This document shows, piece after piece, positions 1-11,776 of a DNA stretch of 38,086 nt (within the stretch, counting starts at the first letter, position 1; each line of letters begins with the position of its first letter). The stretch spans positions 7,717,869 through 7,755,954 of the forward strand of contig NC_068982.1 of the NCBI RefSeq assembly GCF_001194135.2. The letters run 5' to 3'. Origin of the DNA: Octopus bimaculoides (Eukaryota). Under the pieces are notes generated by a model. It was not told the origin of the DNA. It did not search any database and worked only from the letters and a program-made list of their open reading frames with translations. A program made the translations under genes and the position numbers.

Positions 1-338
1 TTTTGAGCGTGGCCGTTGCCAGTACCGCCTGACTGGCCTTGTTGGATTTTCGAGAGAGATCGTGGTCAGTGCCCCTGGACTGGCTCTTGTGCGGGTGGCA
101 CATAAAATACACCGTTTTGAGCGTGGCCGTTGCCAGTACTGCCTAACTGGCCTCCATGCAGATGACATGTAAAATCACCCACTACACTCTGAGTGGTTGG
201 CGTTAGGAAGGGCATCCAGCTGTAGAAACTCTGCCAAATCAGATTGGAGCCTGGTGTAGCCATCTGGTTTCACCAGTCCTCAGTCAAATCGTCGAACCCA
301 TGCTAGCATGGAAAGCGGACGTTAAACGATGATGATGA
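1..338 (+). mobile_element. RTE 3'-UTR-type repeat copy ending in (GAT)n
   Basis: ...gaaggGcatccagctgtagaaactctgccaaatcagattggagcctgg...catgctagcatggaaagcggacgttaaacgatgatgatgat; same family as 17552-18272. Confidence 0.85.
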
Positions 339-782
339 TATGCTTACACACACTTACAACAGTCACATTTTCATGTGTGCAACCATTTGATCTTTTGCAT
401 CACTGAAAGAGACCTTACCTCTCTTAGACCTCTAGTGGGTCGAGTAATCAATAGACGCACATTTCTTTCAACACACCAGCATGTTTCTGCCTGGGCACAT
501 ATATGCACTGCCCACCATATAGCACACACACCAACAGTGAATCTTTGCTTCATATTTTTATATCCCATGTTTTTGACATATTCATTTGTCTGTTACACTT
601 TGTAGAACTTTTTCTGCATATATATGTATATAGTGAGAATTTACGAAAAAAACAAAAGGCGAAGACAGGTGTATAAATAACAGATGTATTAGTTTAACGC
701 TCGGGAAGTAAGTCTTTTATGTTTCAAGCCTACACTTTTCAACAGAAAGGAACACAGAAATAAGCAGTGAGACAGCAGGATT

Positions 783-922
783 CTTTCAGTTTCTATCTAC
801 CAAGTTCACTCATGGCTTTGGTTGGCTCAAAGTAGAAGACACTTGTCCAAGGTGTCACCCAGTAGTACTGAACCCAGAGTCATGTGGATGGGAAACAAGC
901 TTCTTAGCACACAGCCACGCCC
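783..922 (-). mobile_element. 5' fragment of the same tRNA-headed SINE
   Basis: Reverse complement of the 13311 head: agtagaagacacttgtccaaggtg...aagcttcttagcacacagccacgcc. Confidence 0.72.
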
Positions 923-2309
923 ATATCTATGTAAACTGAAAAAATATACTTACAACTTATGATTCAATATTTTAAAGAATGAATCACATGTAAAGTTAAA
1001 AAACAGCATTGGCAATGACAAAACTAACTAAATGTAAAAATAAGATTTTTCACAACAAATTGCTTCAAAAGTATTTATTTCACAAATTGCTTGAAAAGTA
1101 TTTAATTTATTCAATCAGTTATTTTATTACAATTGATGTCTTTTGGCTTTCATTTCAGCTTCAGTGAAATAATGTTTTGTTAACTGAAAAAGAAAAGAAA
1201 ATATCTTAAAATATCAGATGTGAGTCGATATAATTACAAAATAATTTTCCTTTTTTTTTCTTTCAGACCTCAACAACTGAAAAGAGAAGGGAAGAGGTCG
1301 CTTTATTTTGAGTTTTTTTTTTAATCTGCACCCAAATGTACAGAACATCTTCCTATGCCATTTTTTTGAGAGTTTATCAGGTCAGATGAGATGAGGGGAG
1401 GTGACATGTGCCGTTGCAGCACATTACTGTTTTTACCATTCGTCAGTATATTCCTGGGTCCTCTTAGGCAACTCCATCAAGCAGGGTCCCAGTCAGTCCC
1501 TGTCTTCACGAGATGAGGATGATCTCACCTCCCCTTCTACCATGATGATCATGTGCCATATCAACTGACCCAACCCATCAATCCATCCCCATTGAAGAGA
1601 ATACTGTAAGCAGGATCTAACTCAGGAAATCAAATTTACACACTTCCTTTATTATCAAATTCATTCCATTGATTGTAATTGACCAAACAGGTCAACAGTG
1701 TTCCATAGATAGTTACTATGCACAAAAAGTGATCAATATTACTCTTGTGTGTGAAAATAAATAAATGCTCCATCATATAACTTTTGTATGCAGTTAATAT
1801 TTCTTTGGTCAGCTATATTTCTTATACGAAGTTATTTTTTTCACAAACTTAGATTTTTAACAACAAAGAAAATTTCAATATTACCTACTTTAAAGGAATC
1901 TTGACATGATGCTAAGACACAGCGAATGGCTTCCTTGTGTGTTTGAATATACCTCAAGCTTATTTGAACTGGTTTTAAATTTGTATGTATGCTTAGCGCT
2001 GTCACCCAGTATTTTAATTATTGTGAGAAACTGAATAGCAGAACCCATTGAATGATGATGGGAATTTCATAAGAAGGACCCGTCTTTTGTATTAGTTTGC
2101 AATGCCTGCCTTTCCGGTTTCTGTTGCTGAAGAGGAGATAACCATTCCAAAATGCATGCATCTCACAGCCTGGTTAGGGAATACTGTGAGCTGACAAACA
2201 TTTAAATGATTTTTACAATTTGTATTCAATAGTTATGCTAAAATAAAATAATTTTCAAAGAAAACTATATCGACTACTGCAATGATTAAATCTTTGAAGT
2301 AGACCTACC

Positions 2310-2614
2310 TTATTGACATCTGCTACATTCACAACTACAAATTTGCGGATAGTACATAACTGTCTTCTCTTGGTCCGGACCACATAGTGCTATGACTTCC
2401 TTAATTTTAGAAGCCTTGCCTTTGCAACACAAGCATTTATTCTCAAATAAAAGATCCAATTGGTCGACGGGTTTCTTTGTAAGTAATGCTGGCTTCACAG
2501 TACTCAGTCCACATTTACCCGAACAGTATGGAACCTTTATTTCAGTAGTTGAGCGACATTGGCTGGTTCTATTCTCCAAATAAGTAAATTCATATTTCAT
2601 TTGACACTGAGCAA
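2310..2614 (-). CDS. Exon 17 (last coding): C-terminal cystine knot (CTCK), AQCQMK...YCSGKC...CLCC...C...ICSCECSRCQ*
   Basis: CxGxC, CxCC and CxCxxC knot motifs, acceptor aaatttag, TAA at 2312-2310. Confidence 0.95.
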
Positions 2615-3765
2615 CTAAATTTAAAAAAAAAAAGCATCTCAATAAATTTCCCGAATCTAGAGAACTATTTAATAATTCAAAAACAATATAGTCATATTGT
2701 CTGGAGAAAGAGTCCTGGTGTTTTAATGCCTTATCTAACTAACAAACTCACCAACGTTCATTGACAAGGATGCAAAAGCAATGAAAAATTTGGAACAAAA
2801 AATATGAGTGGGAATCAAATTGGTGAGCGTGCTAGATAATATGGCATTAAGACATGGTTCTCCACAAACACAACACAATTTGCTTCAACACATGAGTTCA
2901 CATGAAGAATCTTGCAAACCAGGTACAAAAATGAAGTAAATACAGGTATAATTAATACTAGACTACGGGTGACCCATTGGATCACCCGGGAAGTCTGAGT
3001 TTCCCATCAGCAGTTGTTTCACATGCTTTCAGCAAATGTGACATAAAAATCATGCATAAACAGCTCCTTTCTTTGGAAAAGGAAAGATTTGGCTGCTATT
3101 TCTTGTATGCCCTGCTACCACACAACAGGTATTTCAGGTCTTTTTTTGCAAATAGCTGTTACGTGGTAGCAGGGCATGCTAGAAATAGCAGCCAAATCTT
3201 TGGAGCTGAGATATATTGAATGCACTTGAAAAAATTTTTATAATGGTATTCCCTTGGACTCTCGAAACAGTCATCCGGATCAGTTGGTTTTGTTCATTAA
3301 TTTCTGTAAAAATTTTTTATTTAAAGTGCAAAAGAGAAAATGAAAGTTGTATGAATGTATTTGAAATGGATGTGTGTGTGTGTGTATCTGAGAGAGAGTG
3401 CCACTTACACATGAGAACACGCACACATTCACTCACTCACTCGCTCACTCTCTCTCTCTCACATGAGCATACAAAAGATATACACACATGTAGACATGAC
3501 AACACACCCCTTCACTCTCTCTTCCTCACTTTCTCTCACACACACACACACATCTATTTCATATATACTTACATACATCTTTCAGTTTCTCCTCTCTTTC
3601 ATTTTAAAACAAAAGGAAAGAATTTTTTACAGAAATTAATGACTTGAAAATAATTTTTTTAAATATTAAGATATTGTTTGTTTAAAGAAAAAATATAAAT
3701 ACTTACTGTACAAACAACTTATATTTTTGAAATCACAGTGTTAATATTTTTAAATAAAGTAAATT

Positions 3766-3775
3766 NNNNNNNNNN
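3766..3775. other. Assembly gap (10 N)
   Basis: N run. Confidence 0.99.
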
Positions 3776-4138
3776 TCAACGTTTTTTTTTTTTTTTCTTA
3801 GATAACGCAAAGACTATATGTGTGTGTGTGTCATAGATAGTGGACATGTATTTGTGTTGATTGACATGCCAGGACATTCATTATGTGTGTGTGTTTAGTA
3901 TTGACACAATGAGTAAACACAAAAATTGTTTACTCATTTTCATTAATAAATAGAGATCCAAATGTCACAAATTTGTACTGCACTGCCGAAGGTAAGTACG
4001 AAAATAGATATGCAAAATAAAATATACCATTTCTGAGACATTCCAGCTACATACAAACATCTGCAGAGTCTTAGTATTATTAAAATTCAGGTTACTAATA
4101 ACAATTTCAAGTTACATTTCTGACTATGTAATGAAAGT

Positions 4139-4445
4139 GGAGGTGGAATGGCCCAGTGGTTAGGGCAGTGGACTCGCAGTCGAAGGATCGATTCCCAGAC
4201 TCGGTGAAAACACCTAAAGTTCTGGCAGGGGGTGGTGGCAAACCCTGCTGTACTCGTTCACCACAACTTTCTCTCAGTCTTTATTCCTGTTTCTGTTGTA
4301 CCTGTATTTCAAAGGGCCACACTGTCATGCTGAATCTCCCCGAGAACTACATTAAAAGTACACGTGTCTGTGGAGTGCTCAGCCAGTTGCACATTAATTT
4401 CACGAGCAGGTTGTTCTGTTGATCGGATCAACTGGAAGCGCCACC
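4139..4445 (+). mobile_element. Third tRNA-headed SINE-like element
   Basis: tRNA-like 5' end tggcccagtggttagggcagtggactcgcagtcg (A box), GC-richer than the flanks, no coding potential. Confidence 0.6.
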
Positions 4446-4659
4446 AATTATGAAAATTTTTCAGTGTTGAATAAAAAGACCGAATAAAATACATTTATAA
4501 TGATACGTTGTGGAAAAGATTTCAAAAAATGATTCAGTGAAGCTGTCATCTTAGAAAAGACACACTTGACAAGAAAATATAGATAGGATAAAAGTATATA
4601 GCTAAAGAATAATTTTGGAAGATGCAAATTCAATAAATAAATAAATAGAATGCTCTTAC

Positions 4660-4720
4660 AGTTTTTAGGTTTGCAAACTGGACAGCAAGTATTTGAATCT
4701 AAATATATGAGGTCTTCATT
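4660..4720 (-). CDS. Exon 16: VWC end NEDLIYLDSNTCCPVCKPKN
   Basis: 61 nt, phase 0 to 1, tttttaacag / t|gtaaga. CCPxC motif gives a 10-Cys VWC with exons 14-15. Confidence 0.93.
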
Positions 4721-5579
4721 CTGTTAAAAATAAAAGTTGTTATGGAAGTAGAATGTAAAAATATATACAAATATCTGTAAATACTAACATTTTTTTAAAA
4801 TAAATTTTCAAATAAAAGAAATATAACATACAGATAACAATTTCTTTAACCATTGTAATAGAACCTTGGTTCTGTGATACAGAACTGTCAGCTTCAAAGT
4901 GTATTTCACTTCAACTTTTTAGCATTTAAACTAGCCATATTTGGCCAAAATATTCTACTTATTTTTTATATTCAGATCTCCAACAACATTAATCTGAAAA
5001 TTTTCATGATGCAATTGTTTATTTTTAAAGTTATGAGATAATGCATATGTGAAAACATAAGCATTAAATTAAGCAGAAAAAACTTTTATGTTCCAAACAT
5101 CAGTTTCATCATGAAAAAGTTAATTTTGTGAATCTTAACAAATTCTTGATTATATTCAAAATGAAGTGAGACACAGAAAAAGTATATTCCATTAGAAATA
5201 TAGAAAATGTTAGTCTTAAAATGTTCTGTTAGTGATTGTACAATGCTAAATTGGTAAAGGTAGTTTCAAACACTGACAAAAAAATACTGATATATAATAA
5301 GTTTAGCATTACAAAACTTTAAAAGTAATATTTTGAAATAAATCTAATTCTGACTTCTCCATTGTTTGATGTTGTTCAATCACCATCTTTGTGGTCTTTT
5401 ATAGGGAGTTGGTCTCTGCATGACAATATTTGCAAGCGGTGTGGTATTATGGTGTAGTACTAAATAACCAAACCACTTCATTTTCCCACGTTTTAATGAC
5501 TAACTGAAGAGCTTTGTGGTTCACTGTTTTCCCAACAGTGCTTAAGCATAAGTAAAAATGAAATTAAGCTAACACTTAC

Positions 5580-5684
5580 TTCTTGACAGACAGGGATTTT
5601 ACAAATTCTTTCACATTTTATTTTGCCTCTAATACACTGACATAATGTACAATTGTCATCTCTCTTTTTCCATATGTCTTGATT
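5580..5684 (-). CDS. Exon 15: VWC core NQDIWKKRDDNCTLCQCIRGKIKCERICKIPVCQE
   Basis: 105 nt, phase 0-0, ttttttcag / gaa|gtaagt. W-x-CxxCxC-G-C pattern. Not in the ORF track. Confidence 0.93.
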
Positions 5685-6104
5685 CTGAAAAAATAAAATA
5701 ATAATTATATTGTTATATTATTTTTAAAACGATTTTCCGAAGCAGAATTATAGTTTTGATCAAAGTAAACCTATGTTTGATATTGTTCGTGTAATTTTTG
5801 ATACTGAAAATGACATTTAACATCAAACTTTTCCAATTAAAATCAGATATTTCAAATTTTTAGCTTCTTCCAAAGTCCACATATTTGACATTTTCCCAGA
5901 CTGACCGAAATGGAAATGTATATAAGTTTATCATCTTTACTGTTCTGTTGTGGAAACCAGCTTTTCAAGATTTTAGCACAATCATTTATAATATTGTTAG
6001 AATTATCAAATGAGATGGCTCTAGAGAAGATCACAAAGATTAAGTGGTGTCAGTTTCTATCAAATTACCTCAACAAATTCTCATTTATGCTAATAATCAT
6101 CATG

Positions 6105-6310
6105 ATCATTTTTCATGTTTGGATGGTTTGACAAGAGCTGGAACGTCAAAGAGCTGCACCAGGCTCCAATTGTCTGCTTTGGCATGGTTTCTACAGCTGG
6201 ATGCCCTTCCTAATGCCAACCACTTTATAGAAGAAACTGAGTGCTTTTATGTGGCACTAGCACCATGGCTTTATACATGGCACTAGCACCATGGCTTTAT
6301 ACATAGCAAG
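6105..6310 (-). mobile_element. RTE 3'-UTR-type repeat copy
   Basis: Shared core ggtttctacagctggatgcccttcctaatgccaacc, plus a 26-nt internal duplication near 6252-6303. Confidence 0.75.
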
Positions 6311-7829
6311 CCAATTTACTTTCATAATAATATACTTTATCACAGAGTTTTGAATTTAATAAACACTTTTGAGGTTCATTACCATCATGAGTTAGATAAT
6401 GCAGGGCTTTCTGTAGCTGGATGTTCATGCTGATACCAACCCCTGATCTGTTTTCAATCGAGGTAATAAATCCCCCAATCTATCAAACAACAAACAGATC
6501 AGACAGGTTTCACAGAGAACTGGAAGCAAACAACACTATTTAAATTAATCTTTTGTTTACAAAGATTGTGCTACATGCCAAGAAGCTCAGACATGTTTGC
6601 ATGTTGGACAGCAACCAAATGCTACCATCTGTATGTGTATTTACAATCAGTAAATACACAGAGACAGAGAAATACAAACTCACTCACATAAACATAGATA
6701 TATGTGATGGCCTTCTTCAGTTTCCATCTACCAGTTTCACTCAACAGATATTGGTCAAACCATGGCTATGGTACATGTCAGGACATCTAGTACCAATGTT
6801 AGATAGTTTACACTGTACACCCATGTCACACATACCATTTCTCTGCTCTATGACTTACACAGATATGATTAAGAAGAGATGTTTCTGACATCTGAGCAAA
6901 GCAGAATCTGTCACAACTTAACTATCCTCAGATTGAAATTCAGGCTTGAATGCTTACACCTATGTTAAGGTCACCCAAGGTGCCATGTGATGAAATTAAA
7001 CTGGGCAATGGTCCAAGTCTACCACTCCAAGTAGGCTCTGGTCAGATTTGAGCTTAGATCACAAAGAGCTGCAACAAACACCCAATGGGTATTCAGCCCA
7101 ATCATTTTCTTGGATTGACACATTTTTATTATCGAAAGGTAAAGTTGAGCACAGAGTAGAAACAAATACTGCAAAGCATTTTGTCTAACACTCAAATGAT
7201 TCTGCCAACTCCTCACCAGACTGTCATCCAGTTTTGATTCAAACAAAATCAATTTCATTTTCCTTGTACCCTTTATGCTTTTGGATGAGGCATAACAGTC
7301 ACAACTTATAGCTCTAGTTTTTTTTTTCTAGTCCACAGTCGCCAATATAATACAGGATTATGTAGATGTAAGCATGGTTATGTGGTTAAGTTTCCTTCAC
7401 AGCCGTATGGTTATTACAGGGCTTCAGACTTACTGCATGGTACTTCAGTTAAATGTCTTCTACTATGGCTGACCAATGCCTTATGAACGAATTTGGTAAA
7501 TGGAAACTGTGAAAACCTGTCATGTATATGTCTATATATATATATTTGTGTGTGTGTGAGGGTATGTATCTTTGTCTCTCATCCCTTGCTAACTGGTGCC
7601 AGTTTATGTCTGCATGGCTTAGGGTTTAGCAAAACGAAAGTAAAACTAATGGAATAAGTAACAAACAGAAAATAAGTTTAGTCACATGACTGGGATCAAT
7701 ATGATTGCCCAAGTATGGCCACAATCCAATGGATGAAACAAATAAAATCAATGACACATGTGTATGAACTGCAATGTTACATGATAGTGAAACACGGGCC
7801 CTGAATGCAGAGGACATGCAATGGCAAGA

Positions 7830-8019
7830 GATGAACGAAGCTGGTATGCTCTGCTGGATGTGTAATATCATTCTGTAAAGTGGTTGGCATCAGGAAGAGC
7901 ATCCAGCCGTAGAAACCATGCCAAACCAGACCATGGAACCTGGTGTGGCTCCTGACCAGCTCCTGTCAATCCATCCAACCCATGCCAACATGGAAAACAG
8001 ATGTTAAATGATGATGATG
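7830..8019 (+). mobile_element. RTE 3'-UTR-type repeat copy with (GAT)n tail
   Basis: ggcatcaggaagagcatccagccgtagaaaccatgcc...catgccaacatggaaaacagatgttaaatgatgatgatg. Confidence 0.78.
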
Positions 8020-8183
8020 AATGGAATAAGTAATAAACTTAAAATAAGTTTTGTCACTTGACTGGGGTCAATATGATCAACAAGACTATTCAAGGCTGCC
8101 CCAGTATGGTCACAATCCAATGACTGAAACAAGTACAATCAATGAATAAATACTGATAACAAATTAGAATTCAATTTACTTAC

Positions 8184-8389
8184 CATTTTTATAGTACCAT
8201 TTACTGAACAGGAAAGATCACATTGATCTCTACGAACACATTTACCATTTTTGTCTCTGTACAAACCGTTAATACATTTGCAGCCATAATTCCAATTTTC
8301 ACAGAACGAACTATTTGCAGGAGAAACTAGTTCTTCACATTTGGCTTCACAACCAGCAATAACAGACCATTCTTCCAAATTACTACAAT
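8184..8389 (-). CDS. Exon 14: 8-Cys TIL-like domain plus first Cys of VWC (NCSNLEEWSVIAGCEAKC...GCKCINGLYRDKNGKCVRRDQCDLSCSVNGTIKM)
   Basis: 206 nt, phase 1 to 0, attttcag / atg|gtaagt. Confidence 0.94.
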
Positions 8390-8439
8390 CTGAAAATAAT
8401 AATGATTTCTTTTATGCTATTATTTATTACAGTTTAGAT

Positions 8440-8581
8440 CAGTGGTCCATGGACCCCTGGTTGTCTGCAAAGGTGTTTGTGAACATGTTAAGCTGACGGA
8501 CCTTTCAATATCCTGGGGCCCGTGGGAAAACTCATTTAAATAAAAGGGGTCCTTGATACTCAAAAAGGTTGGGAACCACTG
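8440..8581. mobile_element. Degenerate hAT-type MITE
   Basis: Termini cagtggt / accactg. Flanks gtttagat and gtctatat match at 6 of 8 positions (TSD). Confidence 0.65.
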
Positions 8582-8744
8582 GTCTATATAAATATTAACA
8601 GTAAAAGAATTCTAGCACTACACAAGGGATAAGAAGATGAATAGAAGAAAGTTTGAAGAGAGAAGATCAGGAATGGTAGATGGGTAAAGGTTGCCAGAGT
8701 GAGAGGGGTAGCAGTTGATGTAGTGAATGAGGGACAAGAGTGAA

Positions 8745-8746
<2 letters not shown>

Positions 8747-8810
<64 letters not shown>
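8747..8810. repeat. (AT)n microsatellite
   Basis: Uninterrupted AT run. Similar runs near 11066-11094, 23520-23550, 25452-25484 and 33082-33114. Confidence 0.97.
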
Positions 8811-8813
<3 letters not shown>

Positions 8814-9629
8814 AAGCATACAGTCAAAAAGAATTTTCTTTTTTTACAAGTTTCATGAGGAGATAAAGAGGAGAGAGAGATTATTCTGAGACTAGATACC
8901 TAACCTGAATGTCTGCAACAAACTGTAATCTGAAAAAAGAATGCAAGAGCCAAATAAGTGTAAAACCAGGTGACTAATTATGTCTACCACCCTAAACCAG
9001 GATCAATCCAATTCTTCCAAGGGGCTTGTACATAGTCTTATTTGACCAGATATTATTCCCAAGGCCTTGGACAACCCAAGGATATAGGAGGCAGTTGAAT
9101 GTGAGAGGAAGAGATAGGAAAAGAGTGTAGTGAGAAACCTCATAAATTCTTTCCATTTCTTTTATTCTGTGATACTCTTTTGCTCTTGTAAATTTGATCT
9201 TTAATTTTTATTTCCATTTCATTCATATGCAACAGAATATTTTTGATAAGGTCTTTCTCGTTCTATCTACTTCTTTTTTTAATACTCATTTCTATAAGGA
9301 GAAACAATGTTTAACTTTTATTCAACTCAACTTAATGTTTACATACTTTTCTGCTATAGTCAATTACTTTCCTCCAACAGATTCTCTTTGTTTTGGAAAC
9401 TAATTGACCCATCAGCTTTAAATGTTTATTTGGTGAGTTGGTAATTATGAATACTTATAAACACATATAGATTGTTGCCTTGTTCAAATACTCACAACTA
9501 TTTGATGATCAATTATGTGAAACTTACGGAAACAGTTTCTCAAGACATTTTAACTTCAGTAAAATACTATTTTACTCTACCTTTGTTATTTGAGTACTAT
9601 TTCTTCCACCTTGTTGCACTTGTGTGTGT

Positions 9630-9830
9630 CATCATCATCATCATCATCATCGTTCAACATCCGTTTTCCATGCTGGCATAAGTTGGACGGTTTGACTGAG
9701 GTCTGGAGAGCCAGTGGCTGCACCAGGCTCCAATCTGATCTGGCAATGTTTCTATAGCTGGATGCCCTTCCTAATGCCAACCACGCCAAGGGTGTAGTGG
9801 GGGCTTTTTACATGCCACCATATACAGTGA
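9630..9830 (-). mobile_element. RTE 3'-UTR-type repeat copy
   Basis: (CAT)n head on the + strand followed by the shared core. Confidence 0.8.
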
Positions 9831-10544
9831 TGCTGATAAATGCAAAACGATTGATGCCAAACCTAGTCTACATTGCTGTGTGGTTGCACAGTGCACTTCC
9901 CAACCATATAGCTTCAAGTTTGGTCTTACTGCATACGATCATCTACTACAGTCTCAGACCAATGAGAGAAGGTTGGAAGATGGAAACTGTACAGAAGCAT
10001 ATTCTGTGTATGGAGGTGTATACATATATTTATATAAATGCGTGTGTGTGTGTGTGTGTTCATTTTTATGCATAGTTATAAAACAAAAACAATCCACTCA
10101 TAATTGAAATATAACTTAATACATTTATATAGAGCATCACGTTTTTATGCAGAAAAGATTGACAATGACTTCAAAGATCCACAGGTTATTGGTATCATTA
10201 GAATATATATGTGACAGAATGTTTATGTGTGTGCTTGTGTGTGTGTGTATGGGGGTGGGTATGTTGGTATGTGTACAGAACTTTTCCATCCTACATGTCT
10301 TCATATTATCAGAGTTTGAATAAAAGCAGTGATGCTTATTAGCATCTAGAAACAATACATACTGCATCTTGAAATTTCAACAAGTAAAGGCCAATAATAA
10401 AAATACATCATTTTAAGAACAAGTAGGGACTGGTAACAAGAAGGGCATCCAGCCATAGAAAACTGCCTCAAAAAGATTTGTTTGACCCATGCCAGCATCA
10501 GAAAAGCAGAGGTATTAAACAACAACACTGACAATGATATATAT

Positions 10545-11064
10545 CATCATCAAGTTCACTTCCATACTGGCATAGGTTAGATGGTTTGACTGGAACTGGT
10601 AAGCCAGAGAGCTGCACCAGGATCCAGTCTGATTTGGCATGGTTTCTACAGCTGGACACTCTTCCTAATGCCAACTACTCCAAGAGTGTAATGGGTGCTT
10701 TTTACACACCACAGACATGGGTGCCATTTACATGAAACTGGTAATGGCCACAACTACTATTTCACAGGTGCCAATTACATGACACTAGCCATGACTATGG
10801 TTTTACATGGCTTGACAAATCTTATCAAGCCCAGCATATCGCCAAAGTCTTGGTCACTTGTCATTGCTTCTGTGAGGATCATCATTTGAAGATCATGCTT
10901 TACCACCTCACCCCATGTCTTCCTGGGTCTACCTCTTCCACAGGTTCCCTCACCAGTTAGAGATCAGCACTTCTTTACACAGCTGTTCTCATTTATACGC
11001 ATCACATAATCATACCAATGCAGTCGTCTCTCTTGCACTTCACATTTGATGCCTCTTATGCCCA

Positions 11065-11065
<1 letters not shown>
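10545..11065 (-). mobile_element. RTE-LINE 3' fragment
   Basis: Translates RRLHWYDYVMRINENSCVKKC..EGTCGRGRPRKTWGEVVKHDL, followed by the same 3' UTR as other copies. Confidence 0.82.
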
Positions 11066-11097
<32 letters not shown>

Positions 11098-11620
11098 GTA
11101 AAAACCTTCTGCAGTCACAAACTGAAGACAGTTGAAGGTGGTTATTAAAGAGTTGGATAGAATTCCTAGAGGTATTCATTCCAGTTTTCTGACCTGTAAG
11201 TTCAGACTGCACCAAGCTTAGCATTGCCATTCAGCATTTTTGTGATTGATAAATTAAGTACCAGAGTGGCAGATGAGCAGAATTAAAATGTTGGAAGAGA
11301 TGCCTTGCAGTATCTGTTTCAACTTTTTGCATAATGAGTTCAAATTGTACTGAGGTGGCAATGGCCATGGCTAATCACTCAACCACCAGAGCACCCCATT
11401 CAACCCCGAGTTAGCCAGTATAGATACATAGGTGCACAACCAGCATAGATAAAATGACAACAGCATTGACACATAGGTGCAAAGAGTTTCACCCAGCAAA
11501 AGACTGACAACAACTGATAGAAGCCAATTGAAACATAGTATAGCTGACAAATAAAACGGGATTCATAGTGTGAACATTTCAATAACCACAGCCAATAACA
11601 CAATAAATCAGTCTACTTAC

Positions 11621-11776
11621 TGCATTTGTTTTCTAAGTTGCATTTAACAAAGTCATATTTGGTTTTGCACAGCGAATTAGTTGATTCAGTGCTATAGACA
11701 ATAAACTGCCGAAATCGTGTTCCTAAATTGCAATCACCAGAGCAAGAACTCCAGTTAGACCATTGTCCACAAGCAG
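11621..11776 (-). CDS. Exon 13: TSR (spondin-type) ACGQWSNWSSCSGDCNLGTRFR...CNLENKC
   Basis: 156 nt, phase 1-1, cttttgcag / a|gtaagt. Confidence 0.94.

Noticed and set aside
1394-1535. 11-bp inverted repeat aggggaggtga / tcacctcccct
   Set aside because: Short, 120 nt apart, with no TSD or extension, and compatible with chance.
2752-2880. Minus-strand frame LCCVCGEPC... ending at a gtgagt donor
   Set aside because: There is an in-frame stop just upstream and no acceptor, and exon 16 already supplies the CCPxC and the correct phase.
3216-3647. This and other ORFs built on microsatellites (also 8618-8827, 14299-14517, 34258-34512, 36876-37289)
   Set aside because: Low-complexity translations of (CA)n, (CT)n or (AT)n runs, not genes.
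3954-3991. Plus-strand micro-exon candidate with strong donor gaag|gtaagt (DPNVTNLYCTAE frame)
   Set aside because: Weak acceptor and no partner exons found on the plus strand. A single consensus donor is expected by chance in 38 kb.
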